From: Armatimonadota bacterium
Lineage (GTDB): Bacteria; Armatimonadota; SYMT01
Length of the DNA: 64,000 nucleotides
Reading direction: 5' to 3'
NCBI GenBank assembly: GCA_046292385.1
Contig: JBKBRF010000011.1
Span: 49,896 to 113,895, forward strand
In this document: piece after piece, positions 1 to 9,034 of the stretch
Numbering within the stretch: position 1 is the stretch's first letter
Layout: each line of letters starts with the position of its first letter
Translations under genes and position numbers: made by a program
Notes under the pieces: model-generated
What the model was told of the DNA's origin: nothing
The model's database searches: none
What the model saw: only the letters and a program-made list of their open reading frames with translations

Positions 1-961
1 CAGCCCGGACCGGCGCGGCGTCTCCAAGGGGAACACCTGGGGCGACTGGCTCTCCCTGGGCGAGACGACGCCGATCGAGCTGGTCGACGCCGCCTACTTC
101 GCCTACAGCGCCCAGCTGATGGCGCGGATGGCGCCGCACGCGAACGGGGGTAAAGACCTGCAGCGCTGCCGCGACCTGGCCGAAGAGGTGACGGAGCGAT
201 TCCAGGAAGACTACGTCCGCGCGGACGGCACGCTGAAAGTCGACACCCAGACCGCCTACGTGCTGGCGCTCGCCTTCGACCTGATCCCGGCGCACCTCCG
301 CGCCCGCAGCGCCGCCCGGCTGGCGCAGAAGATCGAGGAGAACGGCTTCCGGATGGCGACCGGCTTCCTGGGGACGCGGTCGCTGCTGCCGGTCCTCACC
401 GCCACCGGCCACCACGACCTGGCCGTGCGCCTGATGCAGAGCCGCCAGTTCCCCTCCTGGGGCTACGAGGTGGAGAACGGCGCCACCAGCGTGTGGGAGC
501 GGTGGAACAGCTACACCAAGGAGAAGGGCTTCGGCGACGCCGGGATGAACTCGTTCAGCCACTACGCCTTCGGCGCGGTGAGCGAGTGGATGTTCCAATC
601 GCTCGCCGGGATCGACACCTCCGGTCTCGGCTACAAGCAGCTCCTCCTCCGTCCCGGCCCGCCCGCGCCGGGCAGCAATCCGGACCACGAGCCGGTGAGC
701 TGGGTAAAGGCGGAGTACGACTCGCTCCACGGCAAGATCCGGAGCCACTGGCGCCGCACCCCGGACGCCTTCGAGCTGGAGGTCACCGTCCCCGCCAACA
801 CCACCGCCGTGCTGCACCTCCCCGCCGTCGGCGCCGCTACCGTCACGGAAGGCGGCAAGCCGCTGCACCAGGTGAAGGAGATCCGGGTGGGCCGGGAGCT
901 CAGCGACCGGATCGAGCTGCGGCTCGGGTCCGGGACCTACCGGTTCCGGTCCCGGCTGTAG
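1..961 (+). CDS. alpha-L-rhamnosidase (GH78), C-terminal portion; 5' end lies upstream of the window
   Basis: The open frame runs from position 2 without a start codon ('...GDWLSLGETTPIELVDAAYFAYSAQLMARM...'). 'WERWNSY' and 'MNSFSHYAFGAVSEWMF' are typical of the rhamnosidase six-hairpin/C-terminal domains. Stop codon at 959-961. Confidence 0.7.
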   Translation, partial: SPDRRGVSKGNTWGDWLSLGETTPIELVDAAYFAYSAQLMARMAPHANGGKDLQRCRDLAEEVTERFQEDYVRADGTLKVDTQTAYVLALAFDLIPAHLRARSAARLAQKIEENGFRMATGFLGTRSLLPVLTATGHHDLAVRLMQSRQFPSWGYEVENGATSVWERWNSYTKEKGFGDAGMNSFSHYAFGAVSEWMFQSLAGIDTSGLGYKQLLLRPGPPAPGSNPDHEPVSWVKAEYDSLHGKIRSHWRRTPDAFELEVTVPANTTAVLHLPAVGAATVTEGGKPLHQVKEIRVGRELSDRIELRLGSGTYRFRSRL

Positions 962-1050
962 CGGGGCGATTGCCCGGGAGTCATTCCGTGGTTGTGAGGC
1001 GGTCGTGGGTGCGTGGTTCAAGCGAGCGGCCTGCCGCGTCCGCGCGGGCC

Positions 1051-1072
1051 GCGAGGGAATGAATTTCCTCGC
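1051..1072. promoter_or_regulatory. near-perfect palindrome gcgagggaat-ga-atttcctcgc (one mismatch)
   Basis: Read directly from the sequence. Same motif class as 1164-1183 and 22312-22332. Confidence 0.5.
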
Positions 1073-1091
1073 TCTTAGGCCTGCGGCCACG

Positions 1092-1143
1092 CGTCCTCCG
1101 GACGCCCGATGAGCGGTCGCTGCTGCCGCTCGTCCGGAGGACG
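1092..1143. terminator. inverted repeat cgtcctccggacg ... cgtccggaggacg (13-bp stems, 26-nt loop), downstream of the rhamnosidase gene
   Basis: The arms are perfectly complementary. There is no U-rich tail, so this is a hairpin of uncertain function rather than a classic intrinsic terminator. Confidence 0.35.
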
Positions 1144-1163
1144 ATTAGCCGAAGGCTGCCCAG

Positions 1164-1183
1164 CGAGGGAATTCATTCCCTCG
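1164..1183. promoter_or_regulatory. perfect palindrome cgagggaat-tc-attccctcg
   Basis: 9-bp arms with a 2-nt centre. Member of the recurring CGAGGGAAT..ATTCCCTCG motif. Confidence 0.5.
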
Positions 1184-1300
1184 TGCCGTCGGGCGCCGCG
1201 GATTGCCGGACAACGCAAGCGAGGCCGCCGGAGATCTGCTCTCCGCCGGCTCCGCTTGTCTCACCCAGCGCCCGCGCCTACCGGCGTGTGGGCGTGAGCG

Positions 1301-1921
1301 CTAAGAGCTGATCAGGCAGTCTTCCAAGGAGTAGGCCGTCACCACCGGACCCGGGCCTTCACCGGCCACTCCGCGGCTGTTGTTGGAGAGCTGGACGCAC
1401 GCGCTGGGGCCGACTCGCCGTGCCGCCTCTCGCGCGGCCTGAACCGCGGGCAGCAGCAGGGCCACCAGCACGAAGCAGATCTCCGCCGGGCCGTCCCCGG
1501 TCAGGTCCCCGACCGCTACGTGGAGCTCCTGATCCTCGCGGATCAGCCAGAGCGAGCCGTCCACAAGCCGGCGGAACGTGATCTTCACGCCCTCACCGGG
1601 GCCGAGCGTGTCCTCAAACGTGGCGAGCAGATGACGGGGGAGTAGCCTGCCCTGGAACACGTAGGTCCCGCGCGACCTGTTCCGCGCCAGCGAGCCCGGT
1701 CCGCCCGCCGACTCTTCCGGTACAGGGTTGAAGTAGCTGAAGGTGAGCGACTGGCCCGGCATGATGATGCACGGACCGCACGCGCCCAGGTACTGCGGGC
1801 GCTTCACCGCCGCCGCGGCCGGGTCACCGGCTGCCGCCACCACCGCCGCGCCCGCCAGTACCGCCGGCAGCACCGCGCGCCGGGAAATCGAATCGTCTGC
1901 CATCGAACGAGCCCTCCTCAA
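1301..1921 (-). CDS. hypothetical exported protein (Tat-like signal 'SRRAVLPAVLAGAAVVAAAG'; contains a CGPC motif)
   Basis: ORF with a signal-peptide-like N-terminus. No family recognised. Confidence 0.4.
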   Translation of the reverse strand: MRRARSMADDSISRRAVLPAVLAGAAVVAAAGDPAAAAVKRPQYLGACGPCIIMPGQSLTFSYFNPVPEESAGGPGSLARNRSRGTYVFQGRLLPRHLLATFEDTLGPGEGVKITFRRLVDGSLWLIREDQELHVAVGDLTGDGPAEICFVLVALLLPAVQAAREAARRVGPSACVQLSNNSRGVAGEGPGPVVTAYSLEDCLISS

Positions 1922-2175
1922 TCCGCCGCTCCCGGGACGGGAGCCGGCGCCGACTGAACGGGAGGCGGACCCGAGTGCGCGCGGTGACTTGCCTCACGGC
2001 GCACTTTCGGCCTAAATCGCCCGACGTTCTCTTGCATCATGCCGCGTGCAGTGCTTGCTGTCTAGCCCTTCAACCAAAGAAACACTTCGGCACCCTCGAG
2101 ACGAGCAGAAATGATTCGGGGCCGCCGGAGATCTTCTCTCCGGCGGCCCCTTCCTAACCGAAACGGGCGCGGTTG

Positions 2176-3510
2176 CTAGCGCCGGGTGTGCGTGACGCGC
2201 CAGACCACGTTGCCGCCGTCGTCCGTGACGAAGAGGCTGCCGCTGCGGCCCGTGGTGACGCCGACCGGCCGGCCCCACACGTCCCCCTCCGGCGTGACGA
2301 AGCCGGTCATGAAGTCCTCGTAGACGCCGCTCGCCTTGCCGTTCTCCACCGGCACGCGGATCACTTTGTACCCGGTGCGGCGGGCGCGGTTCCAGGAGCC
2401 GTGCAGCGCGGCGAAGGCGTGGTTGCGGTACTCCCGCGGGAATTGATCGCCGGTGTAGAAGGCCATGTCGAGCGAGGCGGAGTGGCTCTGGAGCAGCACG
2501 TCCGGCACGATCACTTTGTCCTTCAGCTCCGGCCGCTTGCCCGGGTGGCGCGGGTCCTGATTGGGGCCGATGTAGTACCACGGCCAGCCGTAGAAGCCGC
2601 CGTCGCGCACGCGCGTGATGTAGTCCGGCACCAGGTGGTCGCCCAGCTCGTCGCGCTCGTTGACGGAGGTCCAGATGTCGCCGGTGGTCGGGTGGATCGC
2701 CAGGCCGACCGGGTTCCGGATGCCGGAGGCGTAGAGGCGGTAGCCGGTGCCGTCCGGGTTGTACTCCAGGATCGAGGCGCGCCGGTCCTCGCGGGCATCG
2801 TCGCTCACGTTGGAGAGGGAGCCGACCGAGACGTAGAGCTTCTTGCCGTCTTTGGAGAAGGCGAGGTCGCGCGTCCAATGCCCGCCGCCCCGCAGCCGCC
2901 CGTGGCCCGGGATGTCCGGCACCACCATCTCCGCCGCGCCGCGCGCCTGGGTGTCGCCGTTCCGGTAGGGGATGCGGACCACCGAGTCGGTGTTGCCCAC
3001 GTAGAGCCACTCCGGGTTCCGGCTCGTCGGGTAGAAGGCGATCCCGAACGGCAGCGTCAGGCCGGTAGCGAAGACCTGGTTCAGCTCCGGCTTGCCGTCG
3101 TTATCGGCATCGCGCAGGATCCGGAGCCGGCCGGGACGGCTCTCCGCGACGAATAGGTCGCCGTTCGGCGCGGTGACGATGACCCGGGGGTTGTCTAGAC
3201 CGGACGCGAACAGCTCCGCCTGGAAGCCCTCCGGAACCTTCGGCAGGGCGCCTTCGGGGCGCCGCACCATCCGCGGGCCGTTATCGACAGAGGGGGTGTC
3301 GTACGGCTTGGGAAGGTCGGCGAGAGTGAGCTTGCGGCGCACGCCGGGCGCGTCGGTGGTCCAGTCGCCCAGCGCCGCCTCGCCGGTCAGCACCGGACGC
3401 TCGCGGCTGCCCTGCGCCACGCCGGGCTGGGTGAAGAGGGCGCACGCTCCCGCGGCGGCGGCCAGGGGGATGAGAAAAGCTGCCTGTTTCAGACGGCTAG
3501 CACGATTCAT
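2176..3510 (-). CDS. PQQ-dependent soluble sugar (aldose) dehydrogenase, YliI/GSDH-like beta-propeller
   Basis: Signal peptide 'MNRASRLKQAAFLIPLAAAAGACALF'. Propeller motifs such as 'GLDNPRVIVTAPNGDLFVAE', 'GGHWTRDLAFSKDGK.LYVSVGS' and 'IRNPVGLAIHPTTGDIW'. Start chosen at the internal Met, inside the 3534 ORF. Confidence 0.75.
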   Translation of the reverse strand: MNRASRLKQAAFLIPLAAAAGACALFTQPGVAQGSRERPVLTGEAALGDWTTDAPGVRRKLTLADLPKPYDTPSVDNGPRMVRRPEGALPKVPEGFQAELFASGLDNPRVIVTAPNGDLFVAESRPGRLRILRDADNDGKPELNQVFATGLTLPFGIAFYPTSRNPEWLYVGNTDSVVRIPYRNGDTQARGAAEMVVPDIPGHGRLRGGGHWTRDLAFSKDGKKLYVSVGSLSNVSDDAREDRRASILEYNPDGTGYRLYASGIRNPVGLAIHPTTGDIWTSVNERDELGDHLVPDYITRVRDGGFYGWPWYYIGPNQDPRHPGKRPELKDKVIVPDVLLQSHSASLDMAFYTGDQFPREYRNHAFAALHGSWNRARRTGYKVIRVPVENGKASGVYEDFMTGFVTPEGDVWGRPVGVTTGRSGSLFVTDDGGNVVWRVTHTRR

Positions 3511-4084
3511 ACGAGTGAATGCCTCCTGCACCAACTTATCCGAGATGGGGGCGGGAGTCGACCTTAGTCGGGCCCGCGGATTGCTCGGGTTCTTGTCGAC
3601 CGGCTGGGTCGATCCCGGCGCTACGACCCCGTGCCCTTGTGCCGGGAGGCAGCCCTCCCGCGACGGGGGCCCTCCGCCGGCCCTTTCACACTCCGCTTCG
3701 CTCCGCTAGCGGGCCGCTCCGGGAGTGCGCGCCGATTCGCTCTTCCCGCGCCACCGTGCCCTACCGTATCTAAAGCGCGGTTCACGGGCTGCCTCCCGGC
3801 CCTTCGAGCAAACTCCCCTGGGCCCAGGGGAGTTCACAAGTGGCGCCCTGCGGGCGCCTCGGTTTCTGGCTTCTACCGAGTCGGCGTGTCCTCTCACTCG
3901 ACGCTGGCGCCATGGGCGGGAGCGCATCCGCGGAGCGAGCGTCTGCCTTCGGATCGGCGGCGAGGAGTCCGCCGGCGTAGAGCCGAACAGCACTCGGTCC
4001 CCGTCGGCAGGGCTGCGAGCGAACGAGAGGGTCGCGCGCCCTCCTCTTTCATCTCCCCTCTCCCCTCTTCTAATCTTGGACGGT

Positions 4085-5125
4085 ATGGAGCTACTGAAGG
4101 AGCTGTGTGAGGCGGCCGGTATCCCCGGCCGGGAAGAGCGCCTGCGTGCCATCGTGCGGCGGGAGCTGGAGCCGCTGGTGGACGAGCTCCGGGTCGACGC
4201 ACTCGGCAACCTGATCGCGGTGCGGCGAGGAAGCAGCGGAAAGAAGCTGGCGATCGCGGCGCACATGGACGAGATCGGGTTCCTGGTCACCTACATCGAG
4301 GAAGAGAGCGGCTTCCTGCGGCTAAATCCGGTGGGCGGGCACGACCCCCGCAACATGGTGGCGCAGCGGGTGAAGGTGGTCGGAAAGCAGGATCTCCCCG
4401 GCGTCCTCTACCCCGGCCAGAAGCCGCCGCACCTGCTGGACGGCGAGGACAAGAACAAGACCGCGAAGGTCTCGGAGTTCTTCGTCGATCTCGGCCTGCC
4501 GGTGAAAGAGGTGCGGGAGCTGGTGCCGATCGGCTCCATGGTGGTGATCGACCGCCCCTTTGCGGAGATCGGCCACTGCGTGAGCTGCAAGGCGATGGAC
4601 AACCGCGTCTCGGTCTTCGTGATGATCGAGGCGCTCCGAAAGGCGAAGCGCTCCGGGTTCGAGGTCTACGCGCTGGCGACGGTGCAGGAGGAGGTCGGCC
4701 TGCGGGGCGTCCTCACCGCCACCTACGCGGTCGAGCCGGACGTGGCGCTGGCACTCGACATCACCATCGCGGCGGATATCCCCGGGGTGCCGGAGCACGA
4801 GCGCGTGACCTGTGTCGGTAACGGCACCGCGATCAAGATCATGGACTCCGCCAGCATCTCCAACGCGAGGATGGTGGAAGTACTGCGCGAACTGGCGCTG
4901 CGGCGCGAGATCCCGCACCAGATGGAGATCCTGCCCCGGGGCGGCACCGACGCCGGCGGCATGCAGCGCGTCCGAGCGGGAGCGCCCGCCTGCACCGTCT
5001 CGATCCCCGCCCGCTACGTCCACACCTCGATCGAGCTCTGCGCGAAGCGCGACATCGAGGCGACGATCGATCTGGTCGCCGCTTTCATCGAAGAGGGACA
5101 CGGGCACGACTACCTTCCCCGGTGA
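4085..5125 (+). CDS. M42 family metallopeptidase (FrvX/CelM-type aminopeptidase)
   Basis: 'MELLKELCEAAGIPGREERLRAIV...LAIAAHMDEIGFLVTYIEE...' is a typical M42 N-terminus. The ORF-track start at 3725 is a GC-rich upstream extension and was rejected. Confidence 0.8.
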   Translation: MELLKELCEAAGIPGREERLRAIVRRELEPLVDELRVDALGNLIAVRRGSSGKKLAIAAHMDEIGFLVTYIEEESGFLRLNPVGGHDPRNMVAQRVKVVGKQDLPGVLYPGQKPPHLLDGEDKNKTAKVSEFFVDLGLPVKEVRELVPIGSMVVIDRPFAEIGHCVSCKAMDNRVSVFVMIEALRKAKRSGFEVYALATVQEEVGLRGVLTATYAVEPDVALALDITIAADIPGVPEHERVTCVGNGTAIKIMDSASISNARMVEVLRELALRREIPHQMEILPRGGTDAGGMQRVRAGAPACTVSIPARYVHTSIELCAKRDIEATIDLVAAFIEEGHGHDYLPR

Positions 5126-5181
5126 GTGGGGCTGTCTCCGTTAAGCTGGGCGCGTTCTCGGGGCGGACGTATTCCGTATCG

Positions 5182-5305
5182 CGTATTCCGTAGCGGCGTG
5201 CCTGCTCGTGAATCCGGCCACGTCGTGCCGGGCGGCATGCTCTCCTGGCACTCCGCCCGGCAGGATGCCCCGCAAAGCGGTACCGGCACGCCGCTACGGA
5301 ATACG
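5182..5305. promoter_or_regulatory. 21-bp perfect inverted repeat (cgtattccgtagcggcgtgcc / ggcacgccgctacggaatacg) with an 82-nt spacer, in the 5' region of the dehydratase gene
   Basis: The arms are exact reverse complements. They extend imperfectly to about 35 bp. Direct 'cgtattccgta' repeats flank the element, and the loop contains a nested ccgggcgg/ccgcccgg hairpin. Confidence 0.6.
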
Positions 5306-5364
5306 CAATACGAGATACGCCACAGGCACACCAACTCTCCGTAGTCAGGCAAAGCGTTGCAACT

Positions 5365-6522
5365 ATGAAAATCACCAACGTAAACACCCACGTCGTCGGC
5401 AATCCGTGGAAGAACTGGGTCTTCGTGACGGTGGAGACCGACGAGGGGATCACCGGGGTCGGCGAGGGGACGGTCAACTGCTTCGGCAGGACCACCGAGC
5501 AGGCGATCCTGGAGCTCTCCCACCACGTCATCGGCATGGACCCGTTCCAGACCGAGATGGTCCACCAGAAGCTGGTGCGGGACGTCTACTCCGAAGGCGG
5601 GCAGGTCCACCGCAGCGCGGCGTGCGCGCTGGAGGTCGCCTGCTGGGACATCATCGGCAAGGCGCTGAACCAGCCGATCTACAACCTCCTGGGCGGTCGC
5701 TGCCATCAGAAGGTTCGAGCCTACGCCAACGGCTGGTATCGGGGCGAGCGGACGCCGGAGATGTTCTACGAGCAGGCGAAGGCGGTGGCGGAGGCCGGCT
5801 ACACGGCGCTGAAGTTCGACCCGTTCGGCGCGGAGTGGCGGATCATGGACCGCTACGAGGAAGACCTCTCGCTCGACATCATCGTTGCCGTCCGGGACGC
5901 AGTGGGGCCGAAGGTCGATATCTTCGTCGAAGGGCACAACCGCTTCAGCCCCGCCATCGCGCTGAAGTTCGCCGAGCGGATGGCGCCGTACCAGCCCTCC
6001 TGGTTCGAGGAGCCGGTGGCGCACCAGCACATCGGCGCGCTGGTGGAGGTGGCCCGCAACAGCCCGGTGCCGGTGGCGACCGGCGAGAGCCTCACCAGCA
6101 CTCACCAGTTCGCGGAGCTGCTCAGCTACAACGCGGTCAGCATCCTGCAGCCGGAGATCCACCACCTCGGCGGACTGCTGCCGGCGAAGAAGGTGTGCGG
6201 GATGGTCGACGCCTTCTACGGGGTCGTGGCGCCGCACAACGCGCAGGGACCCGTCTCCACGGCGATGTGCCTGCAGCTCGCCGCCTGCACGCCCAACTTC
6301 TACGTGCAGGAGATCTTCGACGAGTACAACGTGGCCTGGGAGCAGGACCTGGTCGACTTCCCCTGCCACGTCAAGGACGGCTGGATCGAGATCCCGGAGC
6401 GGCCCGGCCTCGGCGTGGAGCTGAACCTGGACGAGTGCGCGAAGCACCCGTACGAGCGTGCCTACTTCCTGCCGCTCTTCAAGCCCGGCTGGGAGAAGCG
6501 CGAGGGAACCGTCGAGCCGTAG
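5365..6522 (+). CDS. enolase-superfamily dehydratase (mandelate racemase/muconate lactonizing enzyme family; D-galactonate/D-mannonate dehydratase-like)
   Basis: 'MKITNVNTHVVGNPWKNWVFVTVETDEGITGVGEGT...' is the hallmark N-terminus of this subgroup. Confidence 0.8.
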   Translation: MKITNVNTHVVGNPWKNWVFVTVETDEGITGVGEGTVNCFGRTTEQAILELSHHVIGMDPFQTEMVHQKLVRDVYSEGGQVHRSAACALEVACWDIIGKALNQPIYNLLGGRCHQKVRAYANGWYRGERTPEMFYEQAKAVAEAGYTALKFDPFGAEWRIMDRYEEDLSLDIIVAVRDAVGPKVDIFVEGHNRFSPAIALKFAERMAPYQPSWFEEPVAHQHIGALVEVARNSPVPVATGESLTSTHQFAELLSYNAVSILQPEIHHLGGLLPAKKVCGMVDAFYGVVAPHNAQGPVSTAMCLQLAACTPNFYVQEIFDEYNVAWEQDLVDFPCHVKDGWIEIPERPGLGVELNLDECAKHPYERAYFLPLFKPGWEKREGTVEP

Positions 6523-6561
6523 ACCCCGCTCAGGGGTAGGCAGGAAGTAGCGCCGGCTTTT

Positions 6562-6636
6562 CGACCGGCAGGTCTGAGCCCGCGCAGGCGGGCTTCGCCC
6601 TCTGTAGCCTCGACTTCAGTCGCAGGCGGGAACCCG
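6562..6636. repeat. repeat family C copy 1 (GTCTGAGCCCGCGCAGGCGGGCTTCGCC...CTGTAGCCTCGACTTCAGTC)
   Basis: About 90% identical over roughly 60 nt to the reverse complement of 51621-51696. Contains the palindrome gcccgc-gcag-gcgggc. Lies between two convergent genes. Confidence 0.6.
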
Positions 6637-6657
6637 GCAGAACTTCTTACCCACCCG

Positions 6658-7773
6658 TTAGGGAAGCCGCCGGACGGCGACCAGCGTGATGTCGTCCGGC
6701 GGCTCCGGGGCCAGCTCCAGCAGCCCGGCCGCCACCTGCTCCACGAGCTGCTGCGGCGGGAGCTGCCGGTGACGCAGGAGACGCTCGGCGAGGCCCGCCT
6801 CCTCCAGGCGGCCTCCGCCGGGCAGCGGGACGTCGGTCGCGCCGTCCGTGTAGCCGAGCAGGAGGTCGCCGGTCTCCAACGTGACACACACCTCTTCGGC
6901 GTCCAGCTCCGGGATCACCCCCAGCGGCATCGCGGTCGGCATGAGCTGCTCGTGCGTGCCGTCTGCCCGGAGCAGGAGCTGGGGATCGTGGCCCGCGCTG
7001 GCATACCGGAGCTCGCCGGTGGCGCAGTGGAGCAGCCCGTAGAAGACGGTCACGAACAGCTCATCGGGGAAGCGCTCCACCAGCCGGGCGTTGACCTCCG
7101 CCAGGGCGCGGGCCGGGCTTTCGGTGCGCGACGGCGCATGATCCAGCAGGCCGATCAGCACGGCGCCCGCGAGGGCCGCGGGCGGGCCCTTGCCGGAGAC
7201 GTCGGCGATGATGATCACCAGGTGCCCGTTCTCGGGAGAGAGCTGCGCGGCGTCCCCGCCGACGATGCGGGCCGGCTTGAGGTAGAGGCCCAGCTCCAGG
7301 CCTGGCACCGGCGGCGGCGGCGACATCAGCAGGTCCTGGAGCTTCCGGGTGTCGTTCAGGTCGTTCTCCAGGCGGCGGTTCACCGCCTCGAGCTCCTCCT
7401 TCTGCTCCAGCACCAACTGCTGCCGGCGGGCCACCGAGGCGCTCCCGTAGGCCACGGCCAGGAATACGACCGTGCTCAGTAGCTCGTTCGCCAGCAGGAT
7501 CTCCGGCGAGACCGTAAGGGCGGCCTCCGTGCGCTGAATCCACTCGGTGGTCGCGTTGAGCAGGGTGGCGAGGATCGTCACGGCTAGCGCGCCGCGAAGG
7601 CCGGCGAGAAAGCCCGCGCGGGCGATCGGAAAGATGTAGAACGCGGACGCCACGACCCAAACGCCGCTCCCGTAGTCGACCAGCGCCGCCGCCGCGAGCG
7701 GAATCAACACACTGGCCCACTGACGAACTGCCGAGAACGGCGGTGACGGCGTGCGAGGGGAGGCGGAGTTCAT
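6658..7773 (-). CDS. membrane-anchored PP2C-type Ser/Thr phosphatase (SpoIIE/RsbU family)
   Basis: N-terminal transmembrane segments, a coiled coil, then 'HLVIIIADVSGKG' and 'YASAGHDPQLL', which are typical SpoIIE-domain motifs. Confidence 0.75.
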   Translation of the reverse strand: MNSASPRTPSPPFSAVRQWASVLIPLAAAALVDYGSGVWVVASAFYIFPIARAGFLAGLRGALAVTILATLLNATTEWIQRTEAALTVSPEILLANELLSTVVFLAVAYGSASVARRQQLVLEQKEELEAVNRRLENDLNDTRKLQDLLMSPPPPVPGLELGLYLKPARIVGGDAAQLSPENGHLVIIIADVSGKGPPAALAGAVLIGLLDHAPSRTESPARALAEVNARLVERFPDELFVTVFYGLLHCATGELRYASAGHDPQLLLRADGTHEQLMPTAMPLGVIPELDAEEVCVTLETGDLLLGYTDGATDVPLPGGGRLEEAGLAERLLRHRQLPPQQLVEQVAAGLLELAPEPPDDITLVAVRRLP

Positions 7774-8090
7774 CAGAGCGACAGTTGGTGCGCCCGCGGC
7801 GCAGGCGCTCTGCGCTGAGTTTACCGTGCGATCGCAGTTGGACCGCCAGCCTTACACCGCGATCCCGCCGCCGACCGCCCTGGAGATCGGATTGCGCGCA
7901 GAACGCGCTTTCCGGACGAGGATCGCCGGAAGCGCAGAGCCAAACTGAAGATCGCAAGTGTGTGCCGGAGGATGTCGCGCCGAAGGTTCACCTCTCGGCG
8001 CTTCTCAACTCCGCCGGTCCGCACGAGGTGAAGCGGCGGCTGGAGGTCTCGTTCCAATGCAAAGGATGATCCGCACCATGCGTCAGGAAG

Positions 8091-8951
8091 ATGAGGAGTA
8101 ACCGCGTGGAGAAGCGTCCGTTCGGGCCCACGGGCCGCATCGTCCCGGCGATTGGGCAGGGCACCTGGTTTCTGGACCAGGCCGACCGGCGCACCGCCGT
8201 CGCGGCGCTACGGCGCGGCCTGGAGCTCGGCATGACCCACCTGGACACGGCAGAGATGTACGGGGACGGAGCCGCGGAAGAGGTGGTCGGCGAGGCGATT
8301 GCCGGGCGGCGGGAAGAGGTCTTCCTTGTTTCCAAGGTCCTGCCGCACAACGCCTCGCGCGCCGGCACGATCGAGGCGTGCGAGCGCTCGCTCGCGGCGC
8401 TCCGGACCGACTACCTCGACTGCTACCTGCTGCACTGGCCCGGTCCGTACCCGCTGGAGGAAACGTTCGCCGCCTTCCGGGAGCTGCAGCGCGCGGGGAA
8501 GATCCGCTCCTGGGGCGTGAGCAACTTCCACGTGCCGGACCTGGATGCCGCGCTGGAGGCGGCCGGACCGGAGGAGATCGCCTGCAACCAGGTGCTCTAT
8601 CACCTCGAGTCGCGGGGGATCGAGCACGAGGTGATCCCCTGGTGCGAGGAGCGCGGGATCGCGGTGGTGGCATACAGCCCCTTCGCACACGGCCAGTTCC
8701 CGGCCCTGGACACCGCCGGGGGGCGGGTGCTCCGGGAGATCGCTCTCGCGCGCGGTGCCACTCCGAGGCAGGTAGCCCTCGCCTTCCTCACGCGCCGGGC
8801 CGGCCTCTTCGCCATCCCCAAGGCCGCCGATCCGGAGCACGCGGCGGAGAATGCCGGGGCCGGGGAGCTCCGCTTGAACGAGGCGGAGATCGCCCGGATC
8901 GAAGCGGCGTTTCCCCGTGGGCCGCGCCCGCGCACCCTTCCGATGCTGTAG
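8091..8951 (+). CDS. aldo/keto reductase
   Basis: AKR motifs 'GQGTWF', 'LDTAEMYGDG.AEEVVGEAI' and 'SNFHVPDLDAAL'. Confidence 0.85.
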   Translation: MRSNRVEKRPFGPTGRIVPAIGQGTWFLDQADRRTAVAALRRGLELGMTHLDTAEMYGDGAAEEVVGEAIAGRREEVFLVSKVLPHNASRAGTIEACERSLAALRTDYLDCYLLHWPGPYPLEETFAAFRELQRAGKIRSWGVSNFHVPDLDAALEAAGPEEIACNQVLYHLESRGIEHEVIPWCEERGIAVVAYSPFAHGQFPALDTAGGRVLREIALARGATPRQVALAFLTRRAGLFAIPKAADPEHAAENAGAGELRLNEAEIARIEAAFPRGPRPRTLPML

Positions 8952-9034
8952 GCCCGCCTATCCCGGCCGTCAGCGCCCGGCCGACCGGGGAGCGAAAGTC
9001 GATATCGGCGCCGTGAAGCGGGGTATCAAGAGGT

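Noticed and set aside
3541-3640. Possible tmRNA 5' end (GGGGGCGGGAGUCGACC...)
   Set aside because: No matching 3' acceptor strand, T-arm or CCA could be found within 300 to 400 nt on either strand. The spacing between the acceptor and the UUCGAC-like motif is too short, and no plausible tag peptide ending in a stop was seen.
3725-4084. Upstream extension of the M42 peptidase ORF
   Set aside because: The M42 family N-terminus aligns to 'MELLKEL...' at 4085. The extension is low-complexity.
5208-6539. 443-aa plus-strand ORF
   Set aside because: An alternative frame over the enolase-superfamily dehydratase gene. Highly biased composition (R/G/A/P).
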